DNA from: Laetmonice hystrix
Lineage: Eukaryota
Direction of reading: 5' to 3'
DNA length: 64,000 bases
NCBI GenBank assembly: GCA_965235115.1
Contig: OZ249452.1
Location: forward strand, 17,050,001-17,114,000
Shown here: positions 14,505 to 27,409 of the stretch, piece after piece
How positions within the stretch are numbered: position 1 is the first letter of the stretch
Layout of the letters: every line of letters begins with the position of its first letter
Position numbers and translations under genes: made by a program
The notes under the pieces: generated by a model
What the model was told of the DNA's origin: nothing
Databases searched by the model: none
What the model saw: the letters and a program-made list of their open reading frames with translations, nothing else

Positions 14505-14662
14505 ATCAGTGACTACCACGGCTTTATCAGTGATTACCATGGGTAAAATCAGTGATTACCATAGGTAAAATCAGTGATTACCATAGGTAAAATCAGTGAT
14601 TACCATGGGTAAAATCAGTGATTACATGGGTAAATTAGTGATTACCATGGGTAAATTAGTGA
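14505..14662. repeat. 22-nt tandem repeat x ~7 (TCAGTGATTACCATGGGTAAAA)
   Basis: Direct reading. Confidence 0.9.
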
Positions 14663-15394
14663 TGGCCGTATGTGTGACATTGACCTTGACGGTTATTCTC
14701 CCTTGGTCACTTTCCCACGACACTGGTATCTAGGGGTAACAGGGGTTAGGAGCGGGGTTAGGGCTATAGAGAGTAGTATTGTGTGGAGATCTAGGGACAC
14801 GGATTAGAGATGAGGATTAGGGCTTGGATTATAGTAATAGAGCCTTAGTTCTCACTCCTAGATTCGGTGGATGGGTACCATAGGGTTGTACAGGCGAGGT
14901 GTTAGTGATAAAGGCGGCAGCATCTCGTTCCATCCTACCACCCACTGAATAACAACATGAGTATCAGCAGGACCCAGTGATGAAACGGGACCCTCAAACG
15001 GTCCCCTTGATACTGGAGGTGATTATGTACACACCACTTCACCTCGGCGTAAACAGTTCAGATATCAATCCTCCAGGTTTAATCAGGTGGTCCTTGCCGA
15101 ACTAACACCCTAGCCACCCTTCACCCCCACTCGGGGTGACCCGGGGGTTACAGGTATATATACAGTATGTAGAGATATAAACCCCCCTCCCATATTTCCC
15201 CCTCACCGATGTAAACTCGACAGCCATGGGAACTACTACCCCCAGGGTGGTACTCCGACATTGTATGATGCCATCCCAAACCGCTGCGTCTGAGCCGCGG
15301 CAGCAACAAGTGGCTGGTCGTCAACATGCAATGATGACTGAACAATTCTCGCCCTCAATATGGCTAACATACTGACTTGACTGGAACCCATATT

Positions 15395-16007
15395 CAATCA
15401 ATCTCAAACCGAACTCAATCAATCAATCTCAAACCGAGCTCAATCAAACAATCTCAGACCGAGCTCAATCAATCAATCTCAAACCGAGCTCAATCAATCA
15501 ATCTCAAACCGAGCTCAATCAATCAATCTCAAACCGAGCTAAATCAATCAATCTCAAACCGAGCTCAATCAATCAATCTCAAACCGAGCTCAATCAATCA
15601 ATCTCAAACCGAGCTAAATCAATCTCAAACCGAGCTCAATCAATCAATCTCAAACCGAGCTCAATCAATCAATCTCAGACCGAGCTCGATCAATCAATCT
15701 CAAACCGAGCTCAATCAATCAATCTCAGACCGAGCTCAATCAATCAATCTCAAACCGAGCTCAATCAATCAATCTCAAACCGAGCTCAATCAATCAATCT
15801 CAAACCGAGCTCAATCAATCAATCTCAAACCGAGCTCAATCAATCAATCTTAAACCGAGCTCAATCAATCAATCATAAACCGAGCTCAATCAATCTCAAA
15901 CCGAGCTCAATCAATCTCAAACCGAGCTCAATCAATCAGTCTCAAACCGAGCTCAATCAATCAATCTCAAACCGAGCTCAATCAATCTCAAACCGAGCTC
16001 AATCAAT
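15395..16007. repeat. 21/25-nt compound repeat (TCAAACCGAGCTC plus variable AATC units) x ~25
   Basis: Direct reading; unit length varies by one AATC. Confidence 0.95.
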
Positions 16008-16091
16008 CCCATGGCAAGCCGAAATCTTACCGAACATCGTATAATTAGCCGAGCTATTAAGAAGGTGGTCCTGTCCAATAACAGGAAACAG

Positions 16092-16329
16092 AGAGCTGAA
16101 CGGCAGGAGTTGGACTGGCCTTTGGTTCAACTCAAACACAGAGCTGAACGGCAGGAGTTGGACTGGCCTTTGGTTCAACTCAAACACAGAACTGAACGGC
16201 AGGAGTTGGACTGGCCTTTGGTTCAACTCAAACACAGAGCTGAACGGCAGGAGTTGGACTGGCCTTTGGTTCAACTCAAACACAGAGCTGAACGGCAGGA
16301 GTTGGACTGGCCTTTGGTTCAACTCAAAC
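16092..16329. repeat. 48-nt tandem repeat x 5
   Basis: AGAGCTGAACGGCAGGAGTTGGACTGGCCTTTGGTTCAACTCAAACAC; no spacers. Confidence 0.95.
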
Positions 16330-17358
16330 TGTGGATATTAATTACAGCGACTCTAAGGGAGAAACATAGACAGGGCATCTAACGCTGGGCTATATGAAAC
16401 CAATTCAGTTCATACACAGGTGAATAATAATCTAGATGTGAGGGCTTTCTTGGAAGGAACCTTCGACAGGTTCTGCACCGTTCAAGGCACCATTCCTTGC
16501 ACCACCGTGCAAGGCACCATTCCTTGCACCACCGTGCAAGGCACCAGTGACGATCTATTATGAAACTTATTGAATCCCCCTCTTTAACCGAACCGTAGAC
16601 CCGCCACCCATTCAGCCTTGTCCTTGAGACTGGTGAAGGTCACAGAGAAGTTAAACCACGGTGTGTATGTATGGGGAGAGGACCTCCACACCTGGCCATT
16701 CCTTGCAACCTGTCCTCCCGACTTTAACAACGATTGATTGAACTTCAGAAACGCCTCGCCCGCCACACAACTATTATAAACATTTCGAAATCCGACCGTT
16801 GTTTGTCCATGAAATTCGTCAGTCAGGCGCAGTGGAATTATCCTAGGATAACTTCAAAGGAGGAACGCTACATTTCTAAGAAGCTACGTTAGTTTGAAGT
16901 TGTTTTTATAAATCTACTGTTAGCCAGGGGAAAATACCATCGATGAGTATAAGGTGGTTGGTTGTTGTGCTGTTTTAAGACGGCGGTTGAGGTCTGCCCA
17001 AGGCAGAGCGGCCCAGGTCTCGTGCCGCACGTGTTCCACGTGACTTTGCGTGACCTCAGGTCATTCTGAAGCTCGCCACCAGGTGGCCAGACGCCAGCAG
17101 TCTTAGCTGTCTGTTCAATGCTCCCCGCTTTCCAACACCCGTCAATGTAATACTTACAGCCTTATACTCAGGAGGGGTTATTCTCTACCTAACAGTTTCT
17201 AGACCCGCTGAGAGCGGTTCATGGCGTGTACTTTCATACCAGTCAAAATGTGAAGGTGGTATTAAAAGGTGGTATTTGTCACATGGTATTGATAAAGAAA
17301 ACGGACATTGTCATGCTGGCTAACACAATCTTTCTTGTCTTGGGAAGGGAGAGGGAGG

Positions 17359-17395
<37 letters not shown>

Positions 17396-20198
17396 AGTCG
17401 TGAAATACTAAATTCCCAAAAGCATCCATGCAATATTATTGTAACACAGCATAAGTAAGATTCTATTCCTGATTCAAATCATAATACACAATGCAAGAGA
17501 AGAAAGAGAGTCTTTCTAAGGCCACATTATATAAGCTATTATACGTTCTATATATCCGCGTACATGTGGCTGAAGGTAGCGGTGTTCCAAGTACACAAGC
17601 TGAGGTCAGAAACCCAACGCTGGCAGTTGTGTTGTGCATCGAAGCGCGCGAAGTTCGCAGACGACTTTCTCTCGCAGCGGGAACTTTTCTTCCTTCATTT
17701 CGCGCCCACCAGACACGCCTATACTGAACCCGGAGAAAGGGGGGAGGGGGCGAGGGGGCACCGAGCGGGCGTTTTCGCCAAGTGGTGTACATTGAGATGA
17801 GTATTGTGCTACCCTGGAAGCCAGCGTTGACCTCCGCAGGCGTACATACCCCTGGAGGGAAGCCTGGAGGAAACTATCAGTATAATGCCCTCCTCCAGTA
17901 TATCTTGAGCTACATTATCATGTACTACAATACTTATACCGTACACACGGTAAACATGATGGCGTCTTGGCGGCCACTTTGTCCTGTTAACGCTGTCCGG
18001 CCAAGGCCGGGGTTGGTTCAGAAGAGGCAAACCGAAACCGTCCGTTATAGGGGTAAGGCTAAATCAAACGGAATGAACGTTCTACCCACCAGAGGGCGCT
18101 CGTTGATAGAAAGGAGAAGGCGGGAGGGGGGGGGGGCGCCACAGGAAGATGCAGCTGACCCTCTGTGGGATAAACAGCCAGGAAGATGCGGGATTCGGAC
18201 GGAAATTTGCCAGCAGGAACGCAGGTGGGCGGCCGGCCACGTGGCCCGGTTTTGTTGCCGCTAGATGGCGCGCAGGATGCTCCGGGCAGGTGGGTCCGGG
18301 TGATCGCGCGTCTCCATAGCAACGTTAATAGGCAGGTTGGGGTCTGTCGTGGCCACAGCGAGGCTGAGTTAGAAGTTGATGGACATGATGGACAGACAAC
18401 GTTGACGTCCAGAAGCGTGATGGGGACTTCCGTACTAGACGCTCGCTTACAAACGGCCCGGCAATGGCCAGTTCCTGAAAACTCCGCAAGAAAGCCGACT
18501 CCTTCCGCTGCATGTGACTATAAATAGCAGCTCATTTTGAAAATGGATAATTGTCAGAATAAAAAATACATGAGATAAGAATTATTTTTTACGTTTGCAC
18601 ATAGATTACTTTTACAAGGAGGGAGGGAGGGGGTGCACACTGAAGGTATTTGAAAACAAATCTGGCTTTGAATAATTACTCCAAGACTGCATGGCAACCA
18701 GAAAAGTTTCTAATCTCTTCAGGATCTGTAGGTCAGAAGTAAAGATAAGTAAGTGGTCTTTAAATGACAACAGCGGCTTGAGAATGACGAAACAAGTCGG
18801 GCTCACCCCTGCCGAGGAGGGGAGACCGTTCACTGCCACACACCCACCCCGAACCTACGGAGGACAGTGTCGATGTGCAGGCGTTGACAGTGACGCATGG
18901 TCAGTGGGGCCAAGTCTCGGGCTGCGAGAATTCGCCTGTCTTCACGAGGGCTTAGAGATGTTTGAGAGGACCGAGGCCGGATCGTTAATCTTACTCCCTT
19001 CCTCCGGACGCCGAGATTCCATCCCCTCGCTCGACTGTCAGCGACATCTGGTGACCGGAAGTGAGTAAAGCCACGGTGCCCGTATGTTGAATCACTCAAG
19101 GTGTTGAATGTGCAAAGTTAGTACTTTCCCACCTCCATTCTTAAAGTGTACAGGAATACATCTCATCAGAAGCGCGTCTTCATTTAAACACCCTCGACAA
19201 ATGGTTGTATAGTCTTTGTCTTTGAAAACAAAATGACAAAATGAGAAAGATTCTTGGATTGTTACACCAGCTTATGGTCATTATAAGAGTTCAATAACAC
19301 CGCCTGACCTGGGTCACAGATGTCTGCGCTCCGTGATCTAGAGCAGTCTAGTTCATTTCAAGACTTGATTCGCAGAATTCGTGAACTGACCAATGTATAA
19401 AGGGTTTGGTACCCATATTTGGTAAATGGTGGCATGTGTGCGCGCGCAAGCGCCAGGTGTGGGGTGGCGGCTGTGACGGGCACGGATGATAACGGAAGCC
19501 CGTCACCCTCCTCCACCCTACCCCCCCCCCCCCCCCACACACACACACACACACGCTGAGACTGCCCCAGGTGGAGACGCAAGCGTTCAAGAGACGGGAT
19601 TACCGAACGGAAATGAGCCAAACTGACGTGCTCGTCCCCATCCCGTTGTCCGTCCACGGCCACAAATAGCACGTTCATAACCGGATTGCTTTGATAAAGG
19701 CTTCCCCCTCCCCCTCCCCCCTCCCCATCCACAGGCCCGGCTCAGCCTGGGCGTGGCCTGGTGCGCGCGGAGGTCATGATCTCAGACCGTCTTACCGCCC
19801 AATCCACGCTAGTCTCCTCCGCTAGGCGCGCAACAAATAGTGCGGCTGGATTAGGGACAGAGCCCGGGGCAGCGGCCGACCTGAACAGGTGTGTATTTGG
19901 ACAGGTATTCTTAGACGGAGCAAGGAAATGTTCTCTCGTGATCTCATAATAACAGCTCTGGGTGCAACCAGACAAAACACACTTCTTAGGTAGGGATGGA
20001 TCCACACCCCCCCCCCCCCCCCCCCACACACACACATACACTGGAGCCTATCTTATCCATAATACTGTTTTCCGATCATACCAAATTTGGGCACCTCTTT
20101 GTCAGTTTCCCTTTCTTACTCCACCCTTCCAAAATCCTAGCTCCAGCCAGGTCAGGAAATTAAAGCCTAAATTAATTAAAGGCGCTCTGAAAGTTCAC

Positions 20199-20329
20199 NN
20201 NNNNNNNNNNNNNNNNNNNNNNNNNNNNNNNNNNNNNNNNNNNNNNNNNNNNNNNNNNNNNNNNNNNNNNNNNNNNNNNNNNNNNNNNNNNNNNNNNNNN
20301 NNNNNNNNNNNNNNNNNNNNNNNNNNNNN
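20199..20329. other. Assembly gap
   Basis: N run. Confidence 1.
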
Positions 20330-20841
20330 AAACCCTTAAGGATTATGCAGTATTTCCCTAGAAACAGCATCACTTCTGACCTGTTTTGAGGAACCAATCA
20401 GAGATCTATGCGTCTGTATAAAGCTTCCTGATTGGCGGGATGCTGTCTTATCGTGCACCTGATTGGTTGAAGTGGATCGCGCTAAGTTCAAGCGCGATAT
20501 GCCACACCTTGTCAGCGCCAATGTCGCTGAGTAGGAGTTAGACATTTGACATGCATCACAGTTAAAAACATTTGTTCAGATGTCATGTATAGGCCTACAA
20601 CCAGGGTAGAATTCAATGGTCTCTTATTTATTCATCTAATTCGCCCCACTAGTATGTAAAGTACATTGTATGTAAAGGAAGGGGATGTCTCAATCCGTTA
20701 CTGACGCTATAGATTCTATATCACCCTATCAACCCTGCTATCTAGACAGGCTAGAACTACCTCTAATTAGGGGTAATCTAAGCTCTGCTAATATCTATAC
20801 ATAATATATATATAGTTGTATTTGATATTTTATCAATCATT

Positions 20842-20943
20842 CTGTTGCGGATCCCAGGGGGGTTTAAACCCCCTAGGCACCCATATTTTTCTCTCTCCAT
20901 AGAACTTTCTGAATTGACCATGATAAACTTGGATCCGCCCCTG
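20842..20943. mobile_element. Short MITE-like copy of the same GGATCC family
   Basis: GCGGATCCCAGGGGGG ... TGGATCCGCCCCTG inverted ends. Confidence 0.5.
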
Positions 20944-21839
20944 TCATTTGAAAGAATGTTTCCGAAAATCCAGTCAGCAATGAGTAATGCTACCATAGCA
21001 GATTTTATCGCTCGCTTTATGACGTCACAGCCATTCGGCGACGTCAGCCCAGAATCTTCCCTGGGAGGCAACATTTCAATTCCGACCAAATTGTAGCCAC
21101 CCAGCTACATATAGTTATGATACCCGTTACACCGCCGGCCCCGGTACAGCGCCGCCTGTGGCCGGAGCCCGGTCGGCCGGTCGGTTGAGCGTCCATTGTT
21201 GCTGACCATCATGTCCGCTCCGTCGTTATTACTCGGCGTGTTACTGAAAACATGGTCAGGCATTGTCGTCTTTCCTGCCCCTCAGCGCCCTCTATCGCCA
21301 GTAGGCGCAACCACTGTCGCAGCCAGCCCCTCGCGTGTCGCGGAAAGACCTCCAACAAAACGTCAGACATACTTGCCTCGGAGACAGAGTTAAGGGAACC
21401 ACAATGAGATCATAGAGTATATGAGCGACTGAGGACGAGTAGGAAATAGAGGCAATATAAAAACATAGTAATGGGACCGCCTCGAAGCCAAGATGTAATC
21501 AGTGCAAAGTCTTCTCCACCAGTCTTTACTCCATTTGAACATAAAATACGAGGCAAGCACATACAATGTACGTCCTCTAACAGGCACTGTATGATCTGGT
21601 TTTCTCGTCATGAAAATATCCTCCACTGAAAAGGCCAGTTCTGAATGAATTGGAGGTCTTTTATAAAAGATTAAATTGGAAGAATGCGGACGTTTCCATG
21701 GTGTAGCGTGGTCTGTATCTCGTCTTATTGACTACATGTATATGTAAGAGGAACTTGATTAAAATGTTATCGTAATAATAATTCGAAAGTTAAATACTGA
21801 CTCTGTCTCGATTTAGACCTATCCCTCTCTGTCTGTCTC

Positions 21840-22037
21840 NNNNNNNNNNNNNNNNNNNNNNNNNNNNNNNNNNNNNNNNNNNNNNNNNNNNNNNNNNNNN
21901 NNNNNNNNNNNNNNNNNNNNNNNNNNNNNNNNNNNNNNNNNNNNNNNNNNNNNNNNNNNNNNNNNNNNNNNNNNNNNNNNNNNNNNNNNNNNNNNNNNNN
22001 NNNNNNNNNNNNNNNNNNNNNNNNNNNNNNNNNNNNT
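21840..22037. other. Assembly gap
   Basis: N run next to a CT microsatellite. Confidence 1.
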
Positions 22038-25000
22038 GGAGGTCGTGTTTTCCGCCTATGAATAACTCATTTCACTAGCTTTGTTTACTGACAGTCTCAT
22101 TCCACCAATACCCATTCGGGGCATGTTGCTGCGCCTGTGAAAATTGTCGTCTGTCCTCGACAGACGCGTTTTGGCGCCAAGCCGTGCTTGCACCCGTTCT
22201 CGCGGGAATATCGCAGGTGTAGCCGTCTCGGGCAGCACGTGACCTCGCAGAAACCTGTCTACCTGGTCACGTGACTTTCTGTTCCTGCTATGTTAATAGA
22301 TCCTCCCTCCAATATACACCTTCGTTTATCTTTCTTTTCGGGAACTTATATTTTTGTTATTTACTGGCGTCTTCATTGATTTGCAGGTGAGTAAACCCGA
22401 CAAATGTTTCTCTGGGGATTCAGTATGTCTTAATGATATCTAATATACGCACATTTAAAGAAATTTTGTATACGGGATCTCATTCTCCATATTGTGCTAC
22501 TCCTGCGGAAGGGACAAGACCTCACAACAGAAAATCTCACGATCGGCAAATGATTGGACAAAGTTTTGATTGAGGGTGAACTCGTTCCTACTTCTTGGTC
22601 AAATAACCTCAGGGCGTTTATCGTTACTCCCGTTGGGTTCGTCGATCTTCCCGCCATATTTTCCTGAACCGTTTCTGTCTTTGTTAGCGCGACTCCCAGC
22701 GTTGACGAGCTGTCATTTGGGCCTGGCTCGTTATAGACTAGGTAGACCGGGGAAAACTGGGAGGGGGGATGTTGCATGCAGCCCCTGGCATTGCACGGCC
22801 CCGGCACTACCTTCAACAAGCCCACAGCCTCGGCAAGCAAGGTTTAAAGCCGAGGCTTGCTGACAGAGGTATACAAATGAGTACTTGGCTACGTGGTGTC
22901 CAGTGGAACAGAAACATTGCAACTCGGGGCTTTGTCGCAACTCGTTAGCTCACCAAGCTGAACTGACTCGCGCAGGTGCTTCAAGCACGCATGCGCGAGC
23001 ATGCAGAGAAGCGATGAAATTGCTGCAATTTGAACGCAGGCAAAATTCGGCCTCAATTGACATATTTCGGGGTTGATATTCGATATTGTTTTGCGTTCGG
23101 TTATGTAAAAATGAGGACCCTGGGGCTAACCGTGATAGCGCGCATGCGCCAAGGGTTTGATAATGGCAGACGACGGGCTCCTGGCATTGATTTGCTGAGC
23201 GACAGGGCTATGGGATTGGGAGACTTTCCCCACTCATTTCGAACTAACCCGTAAACATATATTTCAGCTCAAAGTGGCCGAAATGCACGGAGGGGGCTAT
23301 TAACTCCTTTGAAGCGATGCAGGACCACGAGGATGGTGCTAATATGGAACAGTTCGATCGATACCATATCGAGTCGAATCGATAACGAATTATAGTACCT
23401 TTACCAGCCGCAGGGTGTCGCCCCGTGGGACCAGGGGACCGTTCATACACACGGCATCCCTTCCCGTTACACATATTGGTGCATATATCTCTCACGGAAT
23501 ATAGGGGTAAAAAATATAAAAATATCAATGTCCCTATCGACACACCTACCCCTAACCCCCACCCCGACTCCCGGTCCACAGAACTACCCCCCCCCCCCCT
23601 TCTATAACATATTCCTGCTGTAACTCTAACACCGGTTACCTCCACATCTCTTCACTTATATAGATAGCGGAGACTGCTCTGAATGTATAACGAAAAGGGG
23701 TGTTTCTGTTTGTATGAGGAAATCTATAGGGATCAACAAGCCAGGAATGGTACATACGCATTGTAACATAGGAATGGTATGGCATTGTAACATACGCATT
23801 GTAACATAGGAATGGTATGGCATTGTAACATACGCCACAGCCTTACACCTGGTTGCGTGCATTGATGTAAATATTAGATTTAATCTTGTGACTCCTGGAG
23901 ATTTTAATGTAAGTAATAGCGTTCCATAATAATTAATCTAACCCCTACCCAGCTGCATGAACTCGAGGAGTCCATGGTCATGAAATCTTAAAGTACACAG
24001 ACATTTGATACTGGCCGTAGAATGGCGGACAGCTAGGTTGGGGCTGGAATTGCGCGTTGTTTTTTTTGTAGTTGGAAGGTGGCGCATTGCCTGAGGTTCC
24101 GTTGTATAACTTTGTGTCGCAGGTCGCAGGTGGTGGTCAGGTGTTAGCGAAGATTTACCGGTATCGCTCCCAGCTGTTGTTAGGAGCGATACGATCAGGT
24201 AGGGTTTCAAGGTAAGCCGAGATATTCTCCGCCATCATTCCATAGGGTCCAACCCATCAATATCTCACACAGGCCATCGATAAGGCGACGGGAAGATTGC
24301 ATATCGACCTTCACAAATCGGGATTTAAATAATATTATTGTAGGGGAAATCTTCCGAATCTGGAGGCGAGGAAACACCATTTCTTGCAATCTCAGATGAG
24401 TATTTCTGTCAAAAAAACCTCGGTAAATTCATTGTCATTTTAGCAGTGGTTTTTACTACAACCTTGACTTCATCTGTTGCGTCGGGATTCGAGATTTTGA
24501 AAAACCAGGGAAATCTCGACGAAATCGGGATGGTTAGACACTCCAGCGACTTTAGTTCTTTCTTGCCAACCGCAATCCCCCTCTGATTATTCTAAATATA
24601 GACGACCTTGAGTTTATTGACCTTGAGTTTGTTGACCTTGAGTCTATATGTTGCGTACCTTGGGAGATATCAGCTTCTAGGTTCAACCCAAGGAGTCTCA
24701 CTGCTTAGTTTCATGACTGCTCAGACGTATCTTGTCCTCATTAGACGCCACTGGATGGTGCTACATGGGACAAGGCTGTAAGCTAAGGTCCTGACACTGG
24801 TGACCGTGTAATTCCTGCAGCGGTCGTTATCATCCGATCATTGTGTTCTTCTCAGACTAATCCCATCCCGTCGGCCTTATCATTGTATCAGTTCAATGGT
24901 ATTCTTTCCGGATCCGTTAGAATAGATTCATAAGTTGTGTGTTACCGGCATACACACCGTCTCTTGACCCCGGCAAGGTCAGCCCGCAGTCACAGTAGTA

Positions 25001-26633
25001 GTTTATGGGAAGTGCGATTTGAGAACAACACGATGAGTCTGTACATGTACTGGTAAATCTTTCCGCATTTGAGAAATCTCAATTTTTTTTATTCATTTGG
25101 AGGTGGGGGATCTTTTAAGATTTGTCAAAGATCGTACAAACCTCCTTAAAATCAATGTCACATTGGACGAAACACGTGTTGTCTGTGACTGAAGTGGCAT
25201 GGAGTGAGTAAGTGAGTGAATAGGGGGAGCTACGCCCTGTCCACAACATTTCACTCATATTCAGGGCGATGTATAGTACCCCTTTAATTCAGTCAAAGTC
25301 AAGTCACTATTTACCCCCGAGTCCCAGGGGGTGGGTGATGATGAGGATGAAGTGAGAAAGAACCCTGCCACCGGGAGGCAATTCCTACTCTTTTCGACAA
25401 ATAACAAGAGTTCTTTTATATGCCCAGTCGCACAAACACGTCTAGACATACTAAAGCCTTTGATGACCCAGTTGCGGAGTAATAAGGAGGGCCAGTGAGA
25501 ACAAGGGTGCTGGAAGAATGGAAATCAATCTGTGCCACGCAGATGATTTTGCAATCCGACACTGGACCAGTTCCCCACACCAACCTTCGCCCCATTTGTC
25601 GCCTTTTACGAACAGCCAGGGGTTGAGCTGAGGATCATTCTTACTCCTGATCCCCAAGGGGGCAAGTGACATTGAAGAGAAGTGATGGGCAGCCTCCTGG
25701 CACCAAAAGGTACCCGTAGTGAAGATGGCAATATCCTTAAACCAGTTCGGTGCCAGTTTATGTCATTTTTATTATCTCCAAAGTGTATGTTTACCTCTAT
25801 ATAAAACTTACCATGACAACAATAAAGTTGTGTGTAATACGCGCGTTGGACACCCTTGGAGGACTTACTACACTGACAAGACATTAGTCTAATCAATTAT
25901 AAACGGCTCTTTGTTGGCGTCCCTTCCGGTAGGTGGCGCTGAACCCCCGGCCTCGTTGCCACCTGGATCACGTGACAGAGGCCGGCATGTCGAGGTCCAA
26001 TGTCCGGACGTGAATGATAACGCCAATCCACGCCACCTAGCGGGTTAAGAAGCTCACTTGGCGAGGCGCCAGGATACACCGACCAATCGGTGGGCCGCTT
26101 ACTTGATGCATGGCAACGGAAAGGCGCGACAATCAGTCACGGCTACGGGAATCTCTAAACACAGGAGAGCGGATGTCCGGGGGACCTGCGCATGCGCTAA
26201 AGTCAACATTTTGTACACGTATGTGGGTATGCCATCCTATAGGGGCACATATACTCCACAAACCAGCAACAAGCACCACTGGCTTAGCCTCTACGTGATA
26301 GAGCCTGGGGGGCGAATAAAATTTTTCTGCTCCCAAGAATGGCAGGAAAATTAGATGTAAATTTTGGCTCATCTCGGAGAACATTTTAGGGGGTGACTGG
26401 TGTCTTTGCGAATTCCAGATATCATTAGTCATTTTGGCTGATCCTTGAATAGGACTTGGAGGTTCCCTATTTTGTGTTTACATCGGGGTTTGCTTGAGGT
26501 GAATGATAAACCCACGCTTGGTGCAGCAGGTACATTTATGCTACTAATTAGTATCACATCTCTGGGATGAGAAAAAGTTGATCATGAAATCTGCCATTAT
26601 TCCCCGTCTCGATGCTATCCCGGAATAGTTTGT

Positions 26634-27409
26634 ACCTGTCCCGTGCCTGTCCCGTGCCTGTCCTAGACCTGCCCTGAGGCCTGTCTTGGGGCCTGTCCTG
26701 TGCCTGTCCTGAGACTGTCCCGAGGCCTGTCCTTGGCCTGTCCTGGGCCTGTCCTGAGGTCTGTCCTGGGCCTGTCCTGAGGCCTGTCCTGGGCCTGTCC
26801 TGTGCCTGCCCTGAGGCCTGTCCTGGGCCTGTCCTGAGGCCTGTCCTGTGCCTGTCCTGAGGCCTGTCCTGAGGCCTGTCCTGGGCCTGTCCTGTGCCTG
26901 CCCTGAGGCCTGTCCTGAGGCCTGTCCTGGGCCTGTCCTGGGCCCGTCCTGGGGCCTGTTCTTGGCCTGTGCTGACGCTTGTCCTGAAGCCTGCCCTGGG
27001 CCTGTGCTGAGGCCTGTCCTGAGGCATGTCTTGGGGCCTGTCCTGGGCCTGTCCTGAGGCCTGTCCTGAGGCCTGTCCTGGGCCTGTCCTGGGCCTGTCC
27101 TGAGGCCTGTCCTTGGCCTGTCCTGGGCCTGTCCTGAGGCCTGTCCTGAGGCCTGTCCTGGGCCTGTCCTGGGCCTGTCCTGAGGCCTGTCCTGAGGCCT
27201 GTCCTGGGCCTGTCCTGAGGCCTGTCCTGGGCCTGTCCTGTGCCTGTCCTGAGGCCTGTCCTGAGGCCTGTCCTGGGCCTGTCCTGAGGCCTGTCCTGGG
27301 CCTGTCCTGTGCCTGTCCTGGGCCTGTCCTGGGTATGTCCTGAGACTGTCCTGAGGCCTCAAGTGTCCTGGGCCGGTCCTGGGCCTGTCCTGAGGCCTGT
27401 CCTGGGCCT
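26634..27409. repeat. GC-rich 11/12-nt minisatellite (GGCCTGTCCTG / AGGCCTGTCCTG)
   Basis: Direct reading. Confidence 0.95.

Noticed and set aside
14760-14825. Telomere-like GGGTTAG motifs (also near 5488, 8903 and 23548)
   Set aside because: Only one or two degenerate units each; not a telomeric array.
16092-16329. 48-nt repeat with internal GAGTTG/CAACTC hairpin as CRISPR or iteron
   Set aside because: Head-to-tail copies with no spacers.
19120-19175. Hammerhead ribozyme core (CTGATGA...GAAA) on the minus strand; other CTGATGA hits also checked
   Set aside because: Stem II does not pair; the other hits lack a correctly placed GAAA.
24660-24700. tRNA or SINE from the B-box-like GGTTCAACCC
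   Set aside because: No A-box or cloverleaf could be built; no tRNA, rRNA or other ncRNA was supportable anywhere in the window.
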